DNA of 64,000 nt from Bacteroidota bacterium (GCA_031427625.1 JANPNV010000054.1:9110-73109); one strand, 5' to 3'; shown: positions 1-10,927, counted from the stretch's first letter. Numbers and translations: made by a program. The notes: generated from the sequence alone by a model not told the origin.

Positions 1-304
1 GACAGCCGAAGAACGGAAGCCGGGAGAAGAGAAACTTTACAGAGAGGAGAAGTATGCTTCGATGTATGAGATAAATATGTTGCGATGTATATTCTGCGGA
101 TTATGCGAAGATGCCTGTCCGAAGGAAGCGATATTTCTCACCGACAGAATTGTGCCTACCTCATTTCAAAGAGGTGATTTTATCTATGGGAAAGACAAAC
201 TTGTAGAGAAAATGGAGCAGCGAATCGATATAAGCAAGAGACAAACGAAGGAAGTAATCGAATTTAAAAAAGACAAATCCCTTCAGCATAATATATTGAA
301 GTAA
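1..304 (+). CDS. nuoI: NADH-quinone oxidoreductase subunit I, 5'-truncated at the window edge
   Basis: The frame is open from nt 2. Translation ...YASMYEINMLRCIFCGLCEDACPKEAIF carries the second CxxCxxCxxxCP 4Fe-4S ferredoxin motif of NuoI. It sits directly upstream of nuoJ and nuoK. Confidence 0.8.
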   Translation, partial: TAEERKPGEEKLYREEKYASMYEINMLRCIFCGLCEDACPKEAIFLTDRIVPTSFQRGDFIYGKDKLVEKMEQRIDISKRQTKEVIEFKKDKSLQHNILK

Positions 305-349
305 AGTTTATCCCCTGAGATATTAGATAAAAAAATAGACGATTAAGAA

Positions 350-844
350 ATGACACTTTCACTTTTCTACTTTCTTTCATTCTTATCAATAATGTGTGCG
401 TTGATGGTTGTTGTATCTAAAAACCCGATTCACAGTGTGCTTTATCTAATTCTGACATTCTTTGCCATTGCAGGACATTATATTCTGTTGAATGCTCAGT
501 TTCTAGCCGCCGTTCACATTATTGTTTATGCAGGCGCTATCATGGTTTTGTTTCTCTATGTTATCATGATGCTGAATCTGAATGCCAGTGTGGAGCCTCA
601 TAAAAGTAAATGGGCAAAAATAGCAGCTACAGTTGCAGGTGGTTTGTTAATGATTGTTCTTGTTGCCGCCCTTCGCGGTTCTTCTGAATCCATCGTGCAA
701 GGGACAGGACCACAAGTAGGAATGATTAAAAGCCTTGGAAAAGTTTTGTATAATGAATTCATGCTCCCATTCGAAATATCGGCCATACTGTTTCTTTCTG
801 CAATGGTTGGCGCAGTAATGTTAGGGAAGAAAGAAATAAAATAA
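350..844 (+). CDS. nuoJ: NADH-quinone oxidoreductase subunit J
   Basis: 164 aa polytopic membrane protein with a NuoJ-like N-terminus (KNPIHSVLYLILTFF..., AAVHIIVYAGAIMVLFLYVIMM). It lies between nuoI and nuoK. Confidence 0.85.
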   Translation: MTLSLFYFLSFLSIMCALMVVVSKNPIHSVLYLILTFFAIAGHYILLNAQFLAAVHIIVYAGAIMVLFLYVIMMLNLNASVEPHKSKWAKIAATVAGGLLMIVLVAALRGSSESIVQGTGPQVGMIKSLGKVLYNEFMLPFEISAILFLSAMVGAVMLGKKEIK

Positions 845-857
845 AAATTAGTCAATA

Positions 858-1187
858 ATGGAAAATGTAAGTAGTATTTTTCGACTAGTGCCGTTAAACT
901 ATTATGTATTGTTAAGCACCTTGCTTTTTTGTATCGGCGTGATCGGCGTATTGTTCCGTCGCAATGCAATTATTATTTTCATGTGTGTTGAGCTAATGTT
1001 GAATGCTGTTAATTTATTGCTGGCAGCTTTCTCATCCTACCTTTCCGATCCTGCCGGACAAATCTTTGTCTTTTTTATTATGGCTGTTGCTGCCGCCGAA
1101 GTAGCCGTTGGTCTTGCTATCCTTACGATGATTTATCGTAACACAGGCTCAGTAGATATTAATTTCCTGAGCAGATTAAAGAACTAG
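858..1187 (+). CDS. nuoK: NADH-quinone oxidoreductase subunit K
   Basis: 109 aa with three TM helices. The sequence [22 protein letters not shown] is typical of NuoK/ND4L. Confidence 0.85.
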   Translation: MENVSSIFRLVPLNYYVLLSTLLFCIGVIGVLFRRNAIIIFMCVELMLNAVNLLLAAFSSYLSDPAGQIFVFFIMAVAAAEVAVGLAILTMIYRNTGSVDINFLSRLKN

Positions 1188-1355
1188 TTTTTAATTTGGT
1201 CAAGACGAATAAGGATTGAGAATAACTCGAATTAAGAATCATTCAAAGCACTTCATTTTTCTTTCTGATTAAAAACAAATGTCGGGCTGGGATTATCAGT
1301 TTCATATATGCCCGGAAATATCTTTTGACTTTTAACTTTACCTATCTTTACTGCC

Positions 1356-2789
1356 ATGACTCAGAAAGAACAAATTTCAGTTTTCGATATGTTTAAAATC
1401 GGCGTCGGGCCATCAAGTTCTCATACATTGGGTCCCTGGCGAGCCGCTCATCGTTTTCTAAAATCTTTGGAAGAGAAATTGCTTTTTGATAAAACCACAA
1501 AAGTTAAAATACTTCTATACGGATCATTGGCAAAAACAGGGCGTGGACATGGAACAGACATAGCCGTAAAACTTGGTCTCAGTGGTTATGATCCCGTAAC
1601 ATTCGATGTCAATAGAATTAGTGAAGTGGTTATGGATATCGATACAAAGAAGAAGCTAAAGCTAAATAGGAAGAAGGATATCGATTTTAATTCTGATGAA
1701 GATATTGAGTTTCTCTTCTCCGAGAATCTTCCGTTTCATCCGAATGCATTAACCTTTATCGCATCATTGGATGATGGCAGCAAGATTTCTGAAACTTATT
1801 ATTCAGTTGGTGGAGGATTTGTCGTAAAAGAAGGTGAAGAGAATTCCGGTTCTGCAAACAGCGTGGTGTTAAAATTTCCGATCGAAACCTCGGCCGAACT
1901 GCTCTCATATTGCAATCAGAACAACATGAGTGTTTCACAAGTCGTCATGGAGAATGAGAAGTGCTGGATGAAGGAGGATGAAGTGAGAGAAAAAGTAATG
2001 AATATCTGGAAGGTTATGACTGAATGCATCTACCGTGGATGCCATTCTGTTGGTGAACTCCCTGGTGGACTGAAGGTGATTCGTCGCGCAGCCAAAATGA
2101 ATGAAAAATTTCTACCGGAGAAGAAATATAACAATTTTGAAGAATGGACGACAGCAATTCGAATCGGCGGTAACGATTTTAAATACACCCTCGACTGGGT
2201 TACATGTTTCGCACTGGCCGTAAATGAGGAGAATGCTTCCTTCGGACGAGTAGTTACAGCGCCCACCAACGGAGCAGCTGGTGTTATTCCAGCCGTACTT
2301 TTATATTATTCGATTTTCTTCAAGGATATTAATGATGACAAGATCATCCGGTTTTTACTGACCGCTTCAGAAATCGGCTGCATCTTCAAAAAAGGAGCAA
2401 CAATCTCTGCAGCAATGGGTGGTTGTCAGGCAGAGATCGGAGTTTCTTCTGCAATGGCAGCAGGAGCTTTAGCGGAAAGCATGGGAGGAAATCCAAAACA
2501 GGTAATGATGGCTGCTGAAATAGCGATGGAGCATCACCTTGGTCTTACATGCGATCCAATTCGGGGGCTTGTCCAGATTCCATGCATCGAAAGAAATACA
2601 ATGGGAGCCATCAAAGCAATCACTGCTTGCCAACTTGCATTAAACAGCGACCCGGAAAAGGCAAAAGTTTCTCTCGATGACGTAGTCAGAACGATGTGGA
2701 ATACTGCAATGGAGATGAATACTAAATTCAAGGAAACTGCTGAAGGCGGACTAGCCACCAATGTTCCATTGGGCCTTAGTGAATGCTGA
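1356..2789 (+). CDS. sdaA: L-serine dehydratase, iron-sulfur dependent, single chain (fused beta+alpha)
   Basis: 477 aa. It has the N-terminal [11 protein letters not shown] motif of the beta domain and a C-terminal alpha-domain cysteine cluster region. Confidence 0.85.
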   Translation: MTQKEQISVFDMFKIGVGPSSSHTLGPWRAAHRFLKSLEEKLLFDKTTKVKILLYGSLAKTGRGHGTDIAVKLGLSGYDPVTFDVNRISEVVMDIDTKKKLKLNRKKDIDFNSDEDIEFLFSENLPFHPNALTFIASLDDGSKISETYYSVGGGFVVKEGEENSGSANSVVLKFPIETSAELLSYCNQNNMSVSQVVMENEKCWMKEDEVREKVMNIWKVMTECIYRGCHSVGELPGGLKVIRRAAKMNEKFLPEKKYNNFEEWTTAIRIGGNDFKYTLDWVTCFALAVNEENASFGRVVTAPTNGAAGVIPAVLLYYSIFFKDINDDKIIRFLLTASEIGCIFKKGATISAAMGGCQAEIGVSSAMAAGALAESMGGNPKQVMMAAEIAMEHHLGLTCDPIRGLVQIPCIERNTMGAIKAITACQLALNSDPEKAKVSLDDVVRTMWNTAMEMNTKFKETAEGGLATNVPLGLSEC

Positions 2790-2831
2790 TATATATTTCA
2801 CATATCTTCCTGAAATTTTCCATTAAGCAAT

Positions 2832-3797
2832 TTAATAAAACCTCAAATCAATCGTGTCGGTATTGAATTTTGGTCGGATACTTAAAACAGGAATCGGAGA
2901 GTGATTAACAATTTGCTGAGCAAATGGTCCTGTAAAATATTCCACCAAATTCATTTTGTCAAGATCAGACATTGATATTATAAGGTCAGCACTAATATCT
3001 TTGGCTTGCTTAAGCACTACATCTCCTGCATAGGCGTTTGAGATTATCTTAGTTTTACACTCTACTCCATACTCTTTTGCAATAGCCTTGATTTGCTCAG
3101 CCTCAAGTTTGATTTTTCTCAAATGTGACTTGGTAAATTCTGTATCAATTCCAAGTATATGAAGTGTGGAAGAAAGCATAAGAGCCAGATCAATCGCATA
3201 ATTCACTTTCTCGCGTGAGTGCGGCTTATCACGAAATGGAACTAGTATATTTTTAAATACCTGGACTTTTGTCTTTTTTGGAATTGAGAGCACGGGACAT
3301 TTTGCATTACGGATAACGCGGAATGTGTTGCTGCCAACAAAAAATTCCGTTATGCCCGATACTCCATGAGTGCCCATTACAATTAGGTCAGCCTTCGTTT
3401 TCTTCGACTGTTCAATAATTTCATTTTCGATTTTTCCAGTACTTGTCATTACCGAGACTTTTTCAATTCCCTGTAATTTTAATTTATTGGCAAGATTGTT
3501 TAAATGTTGATTGCTTTGATCTATAAAACTATTTTGGTAGTCTGCAAGTGGAATCAAAGGCGTCATGCTGAAATAATCCGGCTCCAGGTTTTCATACAAC
3601 CCCGCAGAGACATGCAGTAAAATAATCTCTGCCTTTAGTGTTTTTGATATTTTAGCGGCAACATCAAGAGCGCGTAATGAAGTTTTTGAATAGTCAACTG
3701 GAACTAAAATTTTTTTTATTTGAAATTTTGCCATAGGATTTAAGTTTAAAAAAGTGAAAGTATTCTTATTGTTCTTTTTTCCTGTTTCGAAACCCAA
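2832..3797 (-). CDS. tandem-domain universal stress protein (UspA family)
   Basis: 321 aa. Two Usp domains with the pattern ILVPVDYS...LLHV twice, and the GSR/G-x2-G ATP-binding-like segment (MGTHGVSG). Confidence 0.75.
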   Translation of the reverse strand: MGFETGKKNNKNTFTFLNLNPMAKFQIKKILVPVDYSKTSLRALDVAAKISKTLKAEIILLHVSAGLYENLEPDYFSMTPLIPLADYQNSFIDQSNQHLNNLANKLKLQGIEKVSVMTSTGKIENEIIEQSKKTKADLIVMGTHGVSGITEFFVGSNTFRVIRNAKCPVLSIPKKTKVQVFKNILVPFRDKPHSREKVNYAIDLALMLSSTLHILGIDTEFTKSHLRKIKLEAEQIKAIAKEYGVECKTKIISNAYAGDVVLKQAKDISADLIISMSDLDKMNLVEYFTGPFAQQIVNHSPIPVLSIRPKFNTDTIDLRFY

Positions 3798-4034
3798 ACG
3801 TATGTTGTTTGCGTTAATTTAAATTTGGACATCTACTGATTAACTTTATGATGAATATTGCTTTTTTAAAACGCGTCCTTTTCACATAATAATAATCAAA
3901 AGTAAAAGTACAATTTAATAAAAAAAACGCTATAAATTAAATTTATTTGATAAAACTAGGCGTATATTAAAATAAATAATTACCGATACATATGTAAAGG
4001 AATAAAAGTTATTAATCAATAAATCAAAAATAAA

Positions 4035-5822
4035 TTAATCCAGTTTAAGTACCGCTAAAAAGGCCTGTTGTGGAATTTCCACATTTCCTACCTGACGCAT
4101 TCTCTTCTTTCCTTCTTTCTGCTTCTCAAGAAGTTTTCGTTTACGCGAAATGTCTCCTCCGTAACATTTTGCCGTCACATCCTTTCGGAGGGCCTTAACT
4201 GTTTCTCTTGCGATAATTTTCGCGCCAATACTTGCTTGTATAATTATTTCAAACTGCTGACGCGTGATTAACTCCTTAAGTTTCTCGCACATCTTCTTTC
4301 CAAAATCAAATGCATGAATCTTATGCACCAATGCTGATAATGCATCTACCGGTTCTCCGTTAAGACGAATGTCCAGTTTTACAAGATCACTCTGCTGATA
4401 GCCGATCGGATGATAATCAAAGGATGCATATCCCTTAGAAATAGATTTCAACTTATCATAAAAATCGAAGACGATTTCCGCAAGAGGCATATTGAAAGTA
4501 AGTTCAACGCGATCAACCGTCAGATAATGTTGTCCGATAATTACACCACGTTTACCAATGCATAATGTCATAATCGAACCAATAAATTCCGCTTTCGTGA
4601 TTATCTGAGCTTTGATATAGGGCTCTTCAATTCTTTCCAGGTAATTAGGATCCGGCATCTCACTCGGATTGTGAATGTTTAATATTTCTCCATTCGTAAG
4701 ATAAGCCGTATAGGATACGTTAGGAACAGTAGTAATCACTGTCATGTTAAACTCCCTTTCCAGACGCTCCTGAATAATCTCCATGTGGAGCATTCCTAAA
4801 AATCCGCAACGGAATCCAAAACCCAGAGCAACGGATGATTCAGGTTGAAATACAAGTGATGCATCGTTAAGCTGTAACTTCTCCATCGACTTTCTCAACT
4901 CTTCGTATTCATCAGTATCTACCGGATAAATTCCGGCAAAAACCATTGGCTTCACTTCTTCAAAACCTTTTATTGCTTCCAAACAAGGACGTGCAACATG
5001 AGTAAGGGTATCACCAACTTTTACCTCGCTGGCATCTTTTATGCCCGAGATAATATATCCAACATCACCGGCTTTTACAACTGGCCGCGGTTCCTTTTCA
5101 AGTTTTAAAATTCCAATTTCATCAGCAAAATATTCTTTGCCTGTTGCAGCAAATTTTACTTTATCGCCTTTTCGTATCTCGCCCTCCATTACCCTGAAGT
5201 AGGCAATAATACCGCGGAAAGAATTAAAAACTGAATCAAAAACTAATGCCTTCAACGGCGCTTCCGGATCGCCTTTCGGAGCAGGAATTTTATGTATAAT
5301 AGCAGCTAGTATGTCATCAATTCCTAAGCCTGTCTTTGCTGAAGCAGGAATGATATCTTCTCTGTTACATCCTACAAGATCTACTATTTGATCTTTTACT
5401 GTTTCCGGATCCGCACTGGGTAAATCAATTTTATTAAGGACAGGGATTATTTCTAAACCATGTTCTAATGCCAGATATAAATTCGAAATTGTCTGAGCCT
5501 GTATTCCCTGTGCTGCATCAACGATGAGTAATGCTCCTTCGCATGCTGCTATCGATCGGGAAACTTCATATGAAAAATCGACGTGTCCGGGAGTGTCAAT
5601 AAGATTCAGAATGTAATGTTCATTGTTGTATTCATACTTCATCTGGATGGCATGACTTTTAATCGTAATGCCTCTTTCCCGCTCCAGATCCATATCATCC
5701 AATACCTGCGCCTGCTGGTCTTTTTTGCTGATTGTCTTGGTTACATCAAGCAAGCGGTCGGCAAGCGTACTTTTCCCATGGTCAATATGGGCAATAATGC
5801 AGAAATTTCGGATATTTTTCAA
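4035..5822 (-). CDS. lepA: elongation factor 4 (LepA)
   Basis: The motif [22 protein letters not shown] and the rest are collinear with LepA. The track ORF starts at a TTG at 5906. A TTG at 5820-5822 gives the canonical [20 protein letters not shown]-terminus at the typical ~595 aa length, so I placed the start there. Confidence 0.85.
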   Translation of the reverse strand: MKNIRNFCIIAHIDHGKSTLADRLLDVTKTISKKDQQAQVLDDMDLERERGITIKSHAIQMKYEYNNEHYILNLIDTPGHVDFSYEVSRSIAACEGALLIVDAAQGIQAQTISNLYLALEHGLEIIPVLNKIDLPSADPETVKDQIVDLVGCNREDIIPASAKTGLGIDDILAAIIHKIPAPKGDPEAPLKALVFDSVFNSFRGIIAYFRVMEGEIRKGDKVKFAATGKEYFADEIGILKLEKEPRPVVKAGDVGYIISGIKDASEVKVGDTLTHVARPCLEAIKGFEEVKPMVFAGIYPVDTDEYEELRKSMEKLQLNDASLVFQPESSVALGFGFRCGFLGMLHMEIIQERLEREFNMTVITTVPNVSYTAYLTNGEILNIHNPSEMPDPNYLERIEEPYIKAQIITKAEFIGSIMTLCIGKRGVIIGQHYLTVDRVELTFNMPLAEIVFDFYDKLKSISKGYASFDYHPIGYQQSDLVKLDIRLNGEPVDALSALVHKIHAFDFGKKMCEKLKELITRQQFEIIIQASIGAKIIARETVKALRKDVTAKCYGGDISRKRKLLEKQKEGKKRMRQVGNVEIPQQAFLAVLKLD

Positions 5823-6017
5823 AAAACAGGAGTAATAATTAATATGAAATTGATAGGGTCGCGAAGTTAACAATTTTATCGGATTTTTGGGAGGATGTGA
5901 ATTCAAAGGTCAATAGGCAAAAGGGCTTACCCAGATGCGATTGGAAACATAAACCGCTTTGATATTTAGAGTTTAATCATGTTGAATCAATTTGCAAAAA
6001 ACAAATAGCTTTGTCGT

Positions 6018-6635
6018 ATGTATATTCCTCCCTACTATAAAAACAACAATCTCGAAGAAATTAAACAATTCATTCGTGATAATGCATTTGCTGTTTTGAT
6101 TTCGAATGGGAAAAATGCTCCTGACGCATCTCACATTCCGCTCGAATTAATCGAAGGAAGTGACGGACATTCATATTTACAGGGGCACGTTTCGCGTGGA
6201 AATCTTCAATGGAAAAACTTTTCTTCGAATGACGATGTACTGGCGATTTTTCAAGGGCCGCATTCATACATATCTTCCGGATGGTATAATCACATAAATG
6301 TTCCAACATGGAATTACATTGCAGTTCATGTAACAGGGAAAATCGAAATTGTAGAAGAGGGTGAAATGTACGAGTCGTTGAAAAAACTCGTCGATCATTA
6401 TGAGTCAGGCTCCGAAAAACCTGTAAAGGTTGAAGAAATGCCTCACGATATGATGGAAAAGTATATGAAGGGAATTGTAGGGTTCAAAATTCAAATAGAA
6501 AAGATCGAAGGGAAATGGAAGCTTAGTCAGAATCGTGACGATGAAGACTACAAAAATATAATTGATCAACTTCAAAAACTTAATGACATAAATGCCGGAT
6601 TGGTCGCAGAAGAAATGAAAAAATTAAAAAAGTAA
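6018..6635 (+). CDS. FMN-binding negative transcriptional regulator, PaiB family
   Basis: 205 aa. An N-terminal MYIPxxYK...AFAVLIS start and the general layout resemble PaiB family proteins. Confidence 0.6.
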   Translation: MYIPPYYKNNNLEEIKQFIRDNAFAVLISNGKNAPDASHIPLELIEGSDGHSYLQGHVSRGNLQWKNFSSNDDVLAIFQGPHSYISSGWYNHINVPTWNYIAVHVTGKIEIVEEGEMYESLKKLVDHYESGSEKPVKVEEMPHDMMEKYMKGIVGFKIQIEKIEGKWKLSQNRDDEDYKNIIDQLQKLNDINAGLVAEEMKKLKK

Positions 6636-6707
6636 CTTCTGTTATGATCACTAAATTTTTCATTCTGTACATCCTTCATCATAATCATTGTTAATTTTGC
6701 CGACAAT

Positions 6708-7535
6708 ATGTCAAAATCAAAAAAGGAAAATATTTCTTCTCAACCCATTGGTATTTTCGATTCAGGAATTGGTGGGTTAACGGTAGCGAATGCTATCAAT
6801 AAAGCGCTTCCCGGTGAATCGCTAATTTATTTCGGTGATACAGCACATCTTCCATATGGTGACAAATCGCCTGACGCAATAAAATACTATTCAATCCGGA
6901 TTGCTCAGTTTTTGCTTGAGAAAAAATGCAAGGCTATTGTTATTGCCTGCAATACAGCCTCAGCTTTGGCCTACGAAACAGTAAAGGATTTCGTTGGCGG
7001 AAAGGTCCCTGTCATCAATGTTATTGATCCTGTTGTAAATTTCGTTCTTAACAACAGTCATACAAAAAAAGTTGGTGTTATCGGTACAAAGGGAACAATC
7101 AAGAGCGATTTATATGCAAAGAAAATTAAAGCAGGAAATAAATCCATAGATGTCGCATCTCTGGCAACACCGTTGCTTGCTCCTATGATAGAGGAAGGAT
7201 TTTTTAATAATAAAATCAGCAGCACTATTATCGCTTCATATCTGTCCAGTCGAAAACTTGCAAAAATTGATGCACTTATTCTGGCATGCACACATTACCC
7301 ATTGATCAGGAAGGAAGTCGAAGCCTTTTACTCCAAAAAAATATTGATTATAGATACGGCACGTGTCGTCGCCGAAAAGGTGAAAACACAATTAACCGAA
7401 AGTAACATGCTTGGTAATAAAAGAAATCCCAAGCATCATTTTTACGTATCTGATTTCACACAGTCATTCGAAAAAAGCACTAAATTTTTCTTTAAAAATG
7501 AAATTCATCTGGAAAAGGTGGATTTTTGGAAGTAG
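6708..7535 (+). CDS. murI: glutamate racemase
   Basis: Contains IGIFDSGIGGLTV, the VIACNTAS (Cys-thiol) motif and the second catalytic region LACTHYP. Confidence 0.9.
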   Translation: MSKSKKENISSQPIGIFDSGIGGLTVANAINKALPGESLIYFGDTAHLPYGDKSPDAIKYYSIRIAQFLLEKKCKAIVIACNTASALAYETVKDFVGGKVPVINVIDPVVNFVLNNSHTKKVGVIGTKGTIKSDLYAKKIKAGNKSIDVASLATPLLAPMIEEGFFNNKISSTIIASYLSSRKLAKIDALILACTHYPLIRKEVEAFYSKKILIIDTARVVAEKVKTQLTESNMLGNKRNPKHHFYVSDFTQSFEKSTKFFFKNEIHLEKVDFWK

Positions 7536-7599
7536 TAAATAACAATAAACTTCTTATATCTTAGCATCCTGTATTTTAAACTTTTTAAAAGCATCAAAA

Positions 7600-9780
7600 A
7601 TGAAACTTAAATTATTCTCATTATTACTATTTACTATCCTTATCATTTCAACAGAGTTTACATTTTCACAAAGTAATCCTGTTGTTTTGCAACCCGGTAT
7701 AAGCATTGACAGGATTATGACTGTGCAAAACGGAGTAATACGACTTGGTAAGGATCCTGTTACAAAAAATATTTTTTACGTTCAGACGGGGGGGAATATT
7801 TATCAGGTCATTCAGCCATCTACTGGTCCTGCGTATGATTCTCTTGTTTTTTCTAAAACAGATCATAGCGTAAGTTATGTACAGGGAATGGTTTTTTTTG
7901 ATAGCACACTCTATGTTTCAGGAAACAATCATTCTGATAGCTTACTTACAATTGGCATTATTGCCAGAGGTAAACTGATGCCTGATAATTCCCGTCATTG
8001 GGATACATTGATGCTGACGCAGTACTATAAGACTGCAGATTATTTCGATCATCTGTTCAGCGGAATTACTCTTAACCCATCCGGAGACTCTATTTTTATT
8101 TGCAGCGGAGCAAGAGGTGATCACGGTGAAGTTCAAACCCGTTACGGTGCCTATCCCGGTTTACGTAACGTTCCGTTAACAACAAATATTTTTTCACTTC
8201 CCACTCATAACTCAGGTGCTATTGTACTTCAAAATGATTCTGCATGGCTCGCTGCGAGTGGATTTCTTTTTTGTCGGGGAGTCCGCAACCATTTCGATCT
8301 GGCATTTGATTCTGACGGACATTTATTTGGCGTAGAAAATTCAGGTGACAGAGATCATAACGAAGAAATGAACTGGCTTCAAAAAAATCACCATTATGGT
8401 TTTCCATGGAAGATGGGCGATACTGATAACCCTGCTCAATACCCAGCATTCAATCCTGCAACTGATAAATTAATAAATCATTATAGCCGCTCGTGGAGAA
8501 ACGGATTTTGGAATAATGATCCGACATTTCCTCCACCTCCTTCCGGAATTACATTTGATAATCCTATTCAAAACTTTGGGCCTGATTGTGATAAATTTCG
8601 CGATACTCTCGGAGGTGTACACGACGCCAGTGATTCAGGAATTTCTATCGGTACATTTACTGGACATCGTTCTCCACTCGGATTGGTGTTTGACAATGCA
8701 AAGGTGCTTGCTCCATTATATAGTGGAGATGCATTTATGCTTAGCTGGACAAAAGGATATGATACCTGTGGTTGCACCGTTGTTCCCGACACAGGAGTAG
8801 GCCCGTATGTTGACCCATCACAGGATCTGGTTCACCTTGATTTACATTTTGATTCTATCGCATGGTCGTTTAGTTTAAATGCAACACGAATCATCGGCGA
8901 ATTTAGTCATCCTGTCGATGCAGATATTGACAGCAATATTATATACGTCATAGAAAATGGTTATGGTGGAACATCCGGACTGTATAAAGTTACACTTCCA
9001 ATCCTCGATTATCCTTGTAACCCTGCATTAGATGTCAATATATTGAATCCCTGTTTCACAGATTCAAACATTGTTTCACTTCCATCGTTCGGCACCTTGC
9101 CAGATTATATTTCCTGGCATGCATCTGATGGATCAATAATTAGAGAGGATACAATTTTTACATCTGGTGATACAATCAGGTTTCTTCCTTCTGGTAATTA
9201 CAGTGTTGTCTTTCACGATTTATTATCATGCGGAATTGATTCCGTTAATTTTTCCATTCCTGTTGATTTTGAATTAACCATAGATTCAATCGATAATACT
9301 ACTTGCATTGGATGCAGCGATGGTCGTTTCTCATTTACTACTATTGGAGGCATTCCTCCGTTTTCATATTCAATTCCAGCCGGAGCTATTGTTTCGGGTA
9401 ATAGCATTATTAATCTTTCTTCCGGATCGTATCAAATATGCATTACAGATTCTAATGGATGTATGGCCTGTGATTCAGTCGTAATTCTTGAAGACCCAAC
9501 AAAGGTTTATGATTTGTCTTCGCTGAATAAGATTGTGGTTTTCCCAAATCCGGCGAATGATTTTGCAATGATAAATTTTACAGGCGCCTGTAAGGACGAA
9601 GTGTCTATCAGACTACTCGATTTGAATGGCAGTGAGATGAAAATTATCGCGAATGAATTTCGATCTGTAGACAGGACCGGATATTATCTGAGATTAGAAA
9701 ATGTATCAAGCGGATATTATTCCATTGAATTTAAATCCGGCGAAAACAGGATTTATAAAAAGTTAATAATAATGCATTGA
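7600..9780 (+). CDS. secreted T9SS cargo protein: PQQ-dependent sugar dehydrogenase-like beta-propeller + SprB-type repeats + type IX secretion C-terminal sorting domain
   Basis: N-terminal signal peptide (MKLKLFSLLLFTILIISTEFTFSQ). A glucose/sorbosone-dehydrogenase-like signature (NEEMNWLQKNHHYGFPW). Cys-rich CxGCxDGxxxxxxIGGxPPFxYS repeats of the SprB/gliding-motility type. C-terminus ...KIVVFPNPANDFAMINF...YYSIEF...KKLIIMH is typical of a Por/T9SS CTD. Confidence 0.6.
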   Translation: MKLKLFSLLLFTILIISTEFTFSQSNPVVLQPGISIDRIMTVQNGVIRLGKDPVTKNIFYVQTGGNIYQVIQPSTGPAYDSLVFSKTDHSVSYVQGMVFFDSTLYVSGNNHSDSLLTIGIIARGKLMPDNSRHWDTLMLTQYYKTADYFDHLFSGITLNPSGDSIFICSGARGDHGEVQTRYGAYPGLRNVPLTTNIFSLPTHNSGAIVLQNDSAWLAASGFLFCRGVRNHFDLAFDSDGHLFGVENSGDRDHNEEMNWLQKNHHYGFPWKMGDTDNPAQYPAFNPATDKLINHYSRSWRNGFWNNDPTFPPPPSGITFDNPIQNFGPDCDKFRDTLGGVHDASDSGISIGTFTGHRSPLGLVFDNAKVLAPLYSGDAFMLSWTKGYDTCGCTVVPDTGVGPYVDPSQDLVHLDLHFDSIAWSFSLNATRIIGEFSHPVDADIDSNIIYVIENGYGGTSGLYKVTLPILDYPCNPALDVNILNPCFTDSNIVSLPSFGTLPDYISWHASDGSIIREDTIFTSGDTIRFLPSGNYSVVFHDLLSCGIDSVNFSIPVDFELTIDSIDNTTCIGCSDGRFSFTTIGGIPPFSYSIPAGAIVSGNSIINLSSGSYQICITDSNGCMACDSVVILEDPTKVYDLSSLNKIVVFPNPANDFAMINFTGACKDEVSIRLLDLNGSEMKIIANEFRSVDRTGYYLRLENVSSGYYSIEFKSGENRIYKKLIIMH

Positions 9781-9854
9781 TCAAATTACTCTGATCGTAT
9801 ATGGAAGTATTAACCTGAAAAAGGAAAAATATAAAAAAGATCCGGACTCACGGT

Positions 9855-10364
9855 TTATTTATACCACCCTGAATACATTATATATCTGTCAGGTAATTCC
9901 ATTAGCAATTGTCTTTGCTCTTCTGTTATGGGTTTGATTTTCTTAGCTGGAGTTCCTGCATAAACGAATCCGCTTTCAATAATTGTATTTTCAAGGACGA
10001 CGGATCCTGCACCGATAATACTGAAGGCTTCAATAACAACATGGTCCATAATGATGGCACCCATTCCAATTAGTACATGGTCATGTAGCCGGCAACCATG
10101 GATAATGGCATTGTGGCCAATGCTGCATCTGTCACCAATAACTGTTCGCGTTTTCTGATAAGTGCAGTGGATAACAGCCCCGTCCTGAATGTTAACCTGG
10201 TTTCCTATCCGAATGCTGTTTACATCGCCCCTAATCACCGCATTAAACCAAATGGAGCATTCTTCTCCGATAACTACATCACCGATGATTGTTGCATTAT
10301 CTGCAAGAAAAGTAGATACGCCGATCTTAGGCTTAAAATCATTTACTGGTATTAATAATGGCAT
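9855..10364 (-). CDS. gamma-class carbonic anhydrase family / hexapeptide-repeat (LbH) protein
   Basis: 169 aa with repeated [LIV]G-x4 hexapeptides and an N-terminus conserved with the YrdA/PaaY/CaiE family. Confidence 0.7.
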   Translation of the reverse strand: MPLLIPVNDFKPKIGVSTFLADNATIIGDVVIGEECSIWFNAVIRGDVNSIRIGNQVNIQDGAVIHCTYQKTRTVIGDRCSIGHNAIIHGCRLHDHVLIGMGAIIMDHVVIEAFSIIGAGSVVLENTIIESGFVYAGTPAKKIKPITEEQRQLLMELPDRYIMYSGWYK

Positions 10365-10408
10365 AGGTTCGTTGATTTATAATTTCACCGGATTATTTTT
10401 GTAAATTT

Positions 10409-10927
10409 ATGCTTTCAAAATTATTCATGAAGTATCTAATAATTATTCTGCTATCTGCATTTGCATTGTCATCATGCAAAAAGCCGGATGAATTTCCAAT
10501 AATTCCTGCAGTCACCTACAAATCAATATACTCATCTCGTAACGCTCAGGGTTATGACGATAAACTAACCGTACTTCTTGATTTTACTGATGGCGATGGC
10601 GATGTCGGCTATAAAGATCCGGGTTTAAATGATCCTATCTTCGACGATCCCAACAGCCAATATTACAATAATTATGTTGCAAATCTTTTCCAATATAAAA
10701 ATGGTGTTTGGGTTTCCTATCCAACAATTCTTCCACTCGGCGGTCGACTTCCATTCCTGACACCGGAAACGAAAAACAAATCCATTAAAGGAGAAATTGC
10801 TTGCGATTTCGACGTTCCGCTGCAGGCAACTCAGGATACATTCCGGTTAGAAGTTTTTATCTATGATAGAGCCCTTCACCAAAGCAATAAAGTTAATACT
10901 GACGCTATCATACTTACAACTCAGTAA
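10409..10927 (+). CDS. conserved hypothetical lipoprotein
   Basis: Signal peptide with lipobox ALSSC. Contains a DFTDGDGDVGY Ca-binding-like (DxDxDG) motif. I recognise no catalytic motif. Confidence 0.4.
   Translation: MLSKLFMKYLIIILLSAFALSSCKKPDEFPIIPAVTYKSIYSSRNAQGYDDKLTVLLDFTDGDGDVGYKDPGLNDPIFDDPNSQYYNNYVANLFQYKNGVWVSYPTILPLGGRLPFLTPETKNKSIKGEIACDFDVPLQATQDTFRLEVFIYDRALHQSNKVNTDAIILTTQ

Noticed and set aside
598-969. 123 aa minus-strand ORF antisense to nuoJ/nuoK
   Set aside because: Lies entirely inside well-supported genes on the other strand. Product is low-complexity and Arg/Ser-rich. No motif.
3798-4034. 237-bp AT-rich intergenic region (usp promoter / lepA 3' end) as a possible sRNA
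   Set aside because: No stable stem-loops or conserved-looking motifs beyond an ACGCGT palindrome. The composition is typical of Bacteroidota promoter DNA.
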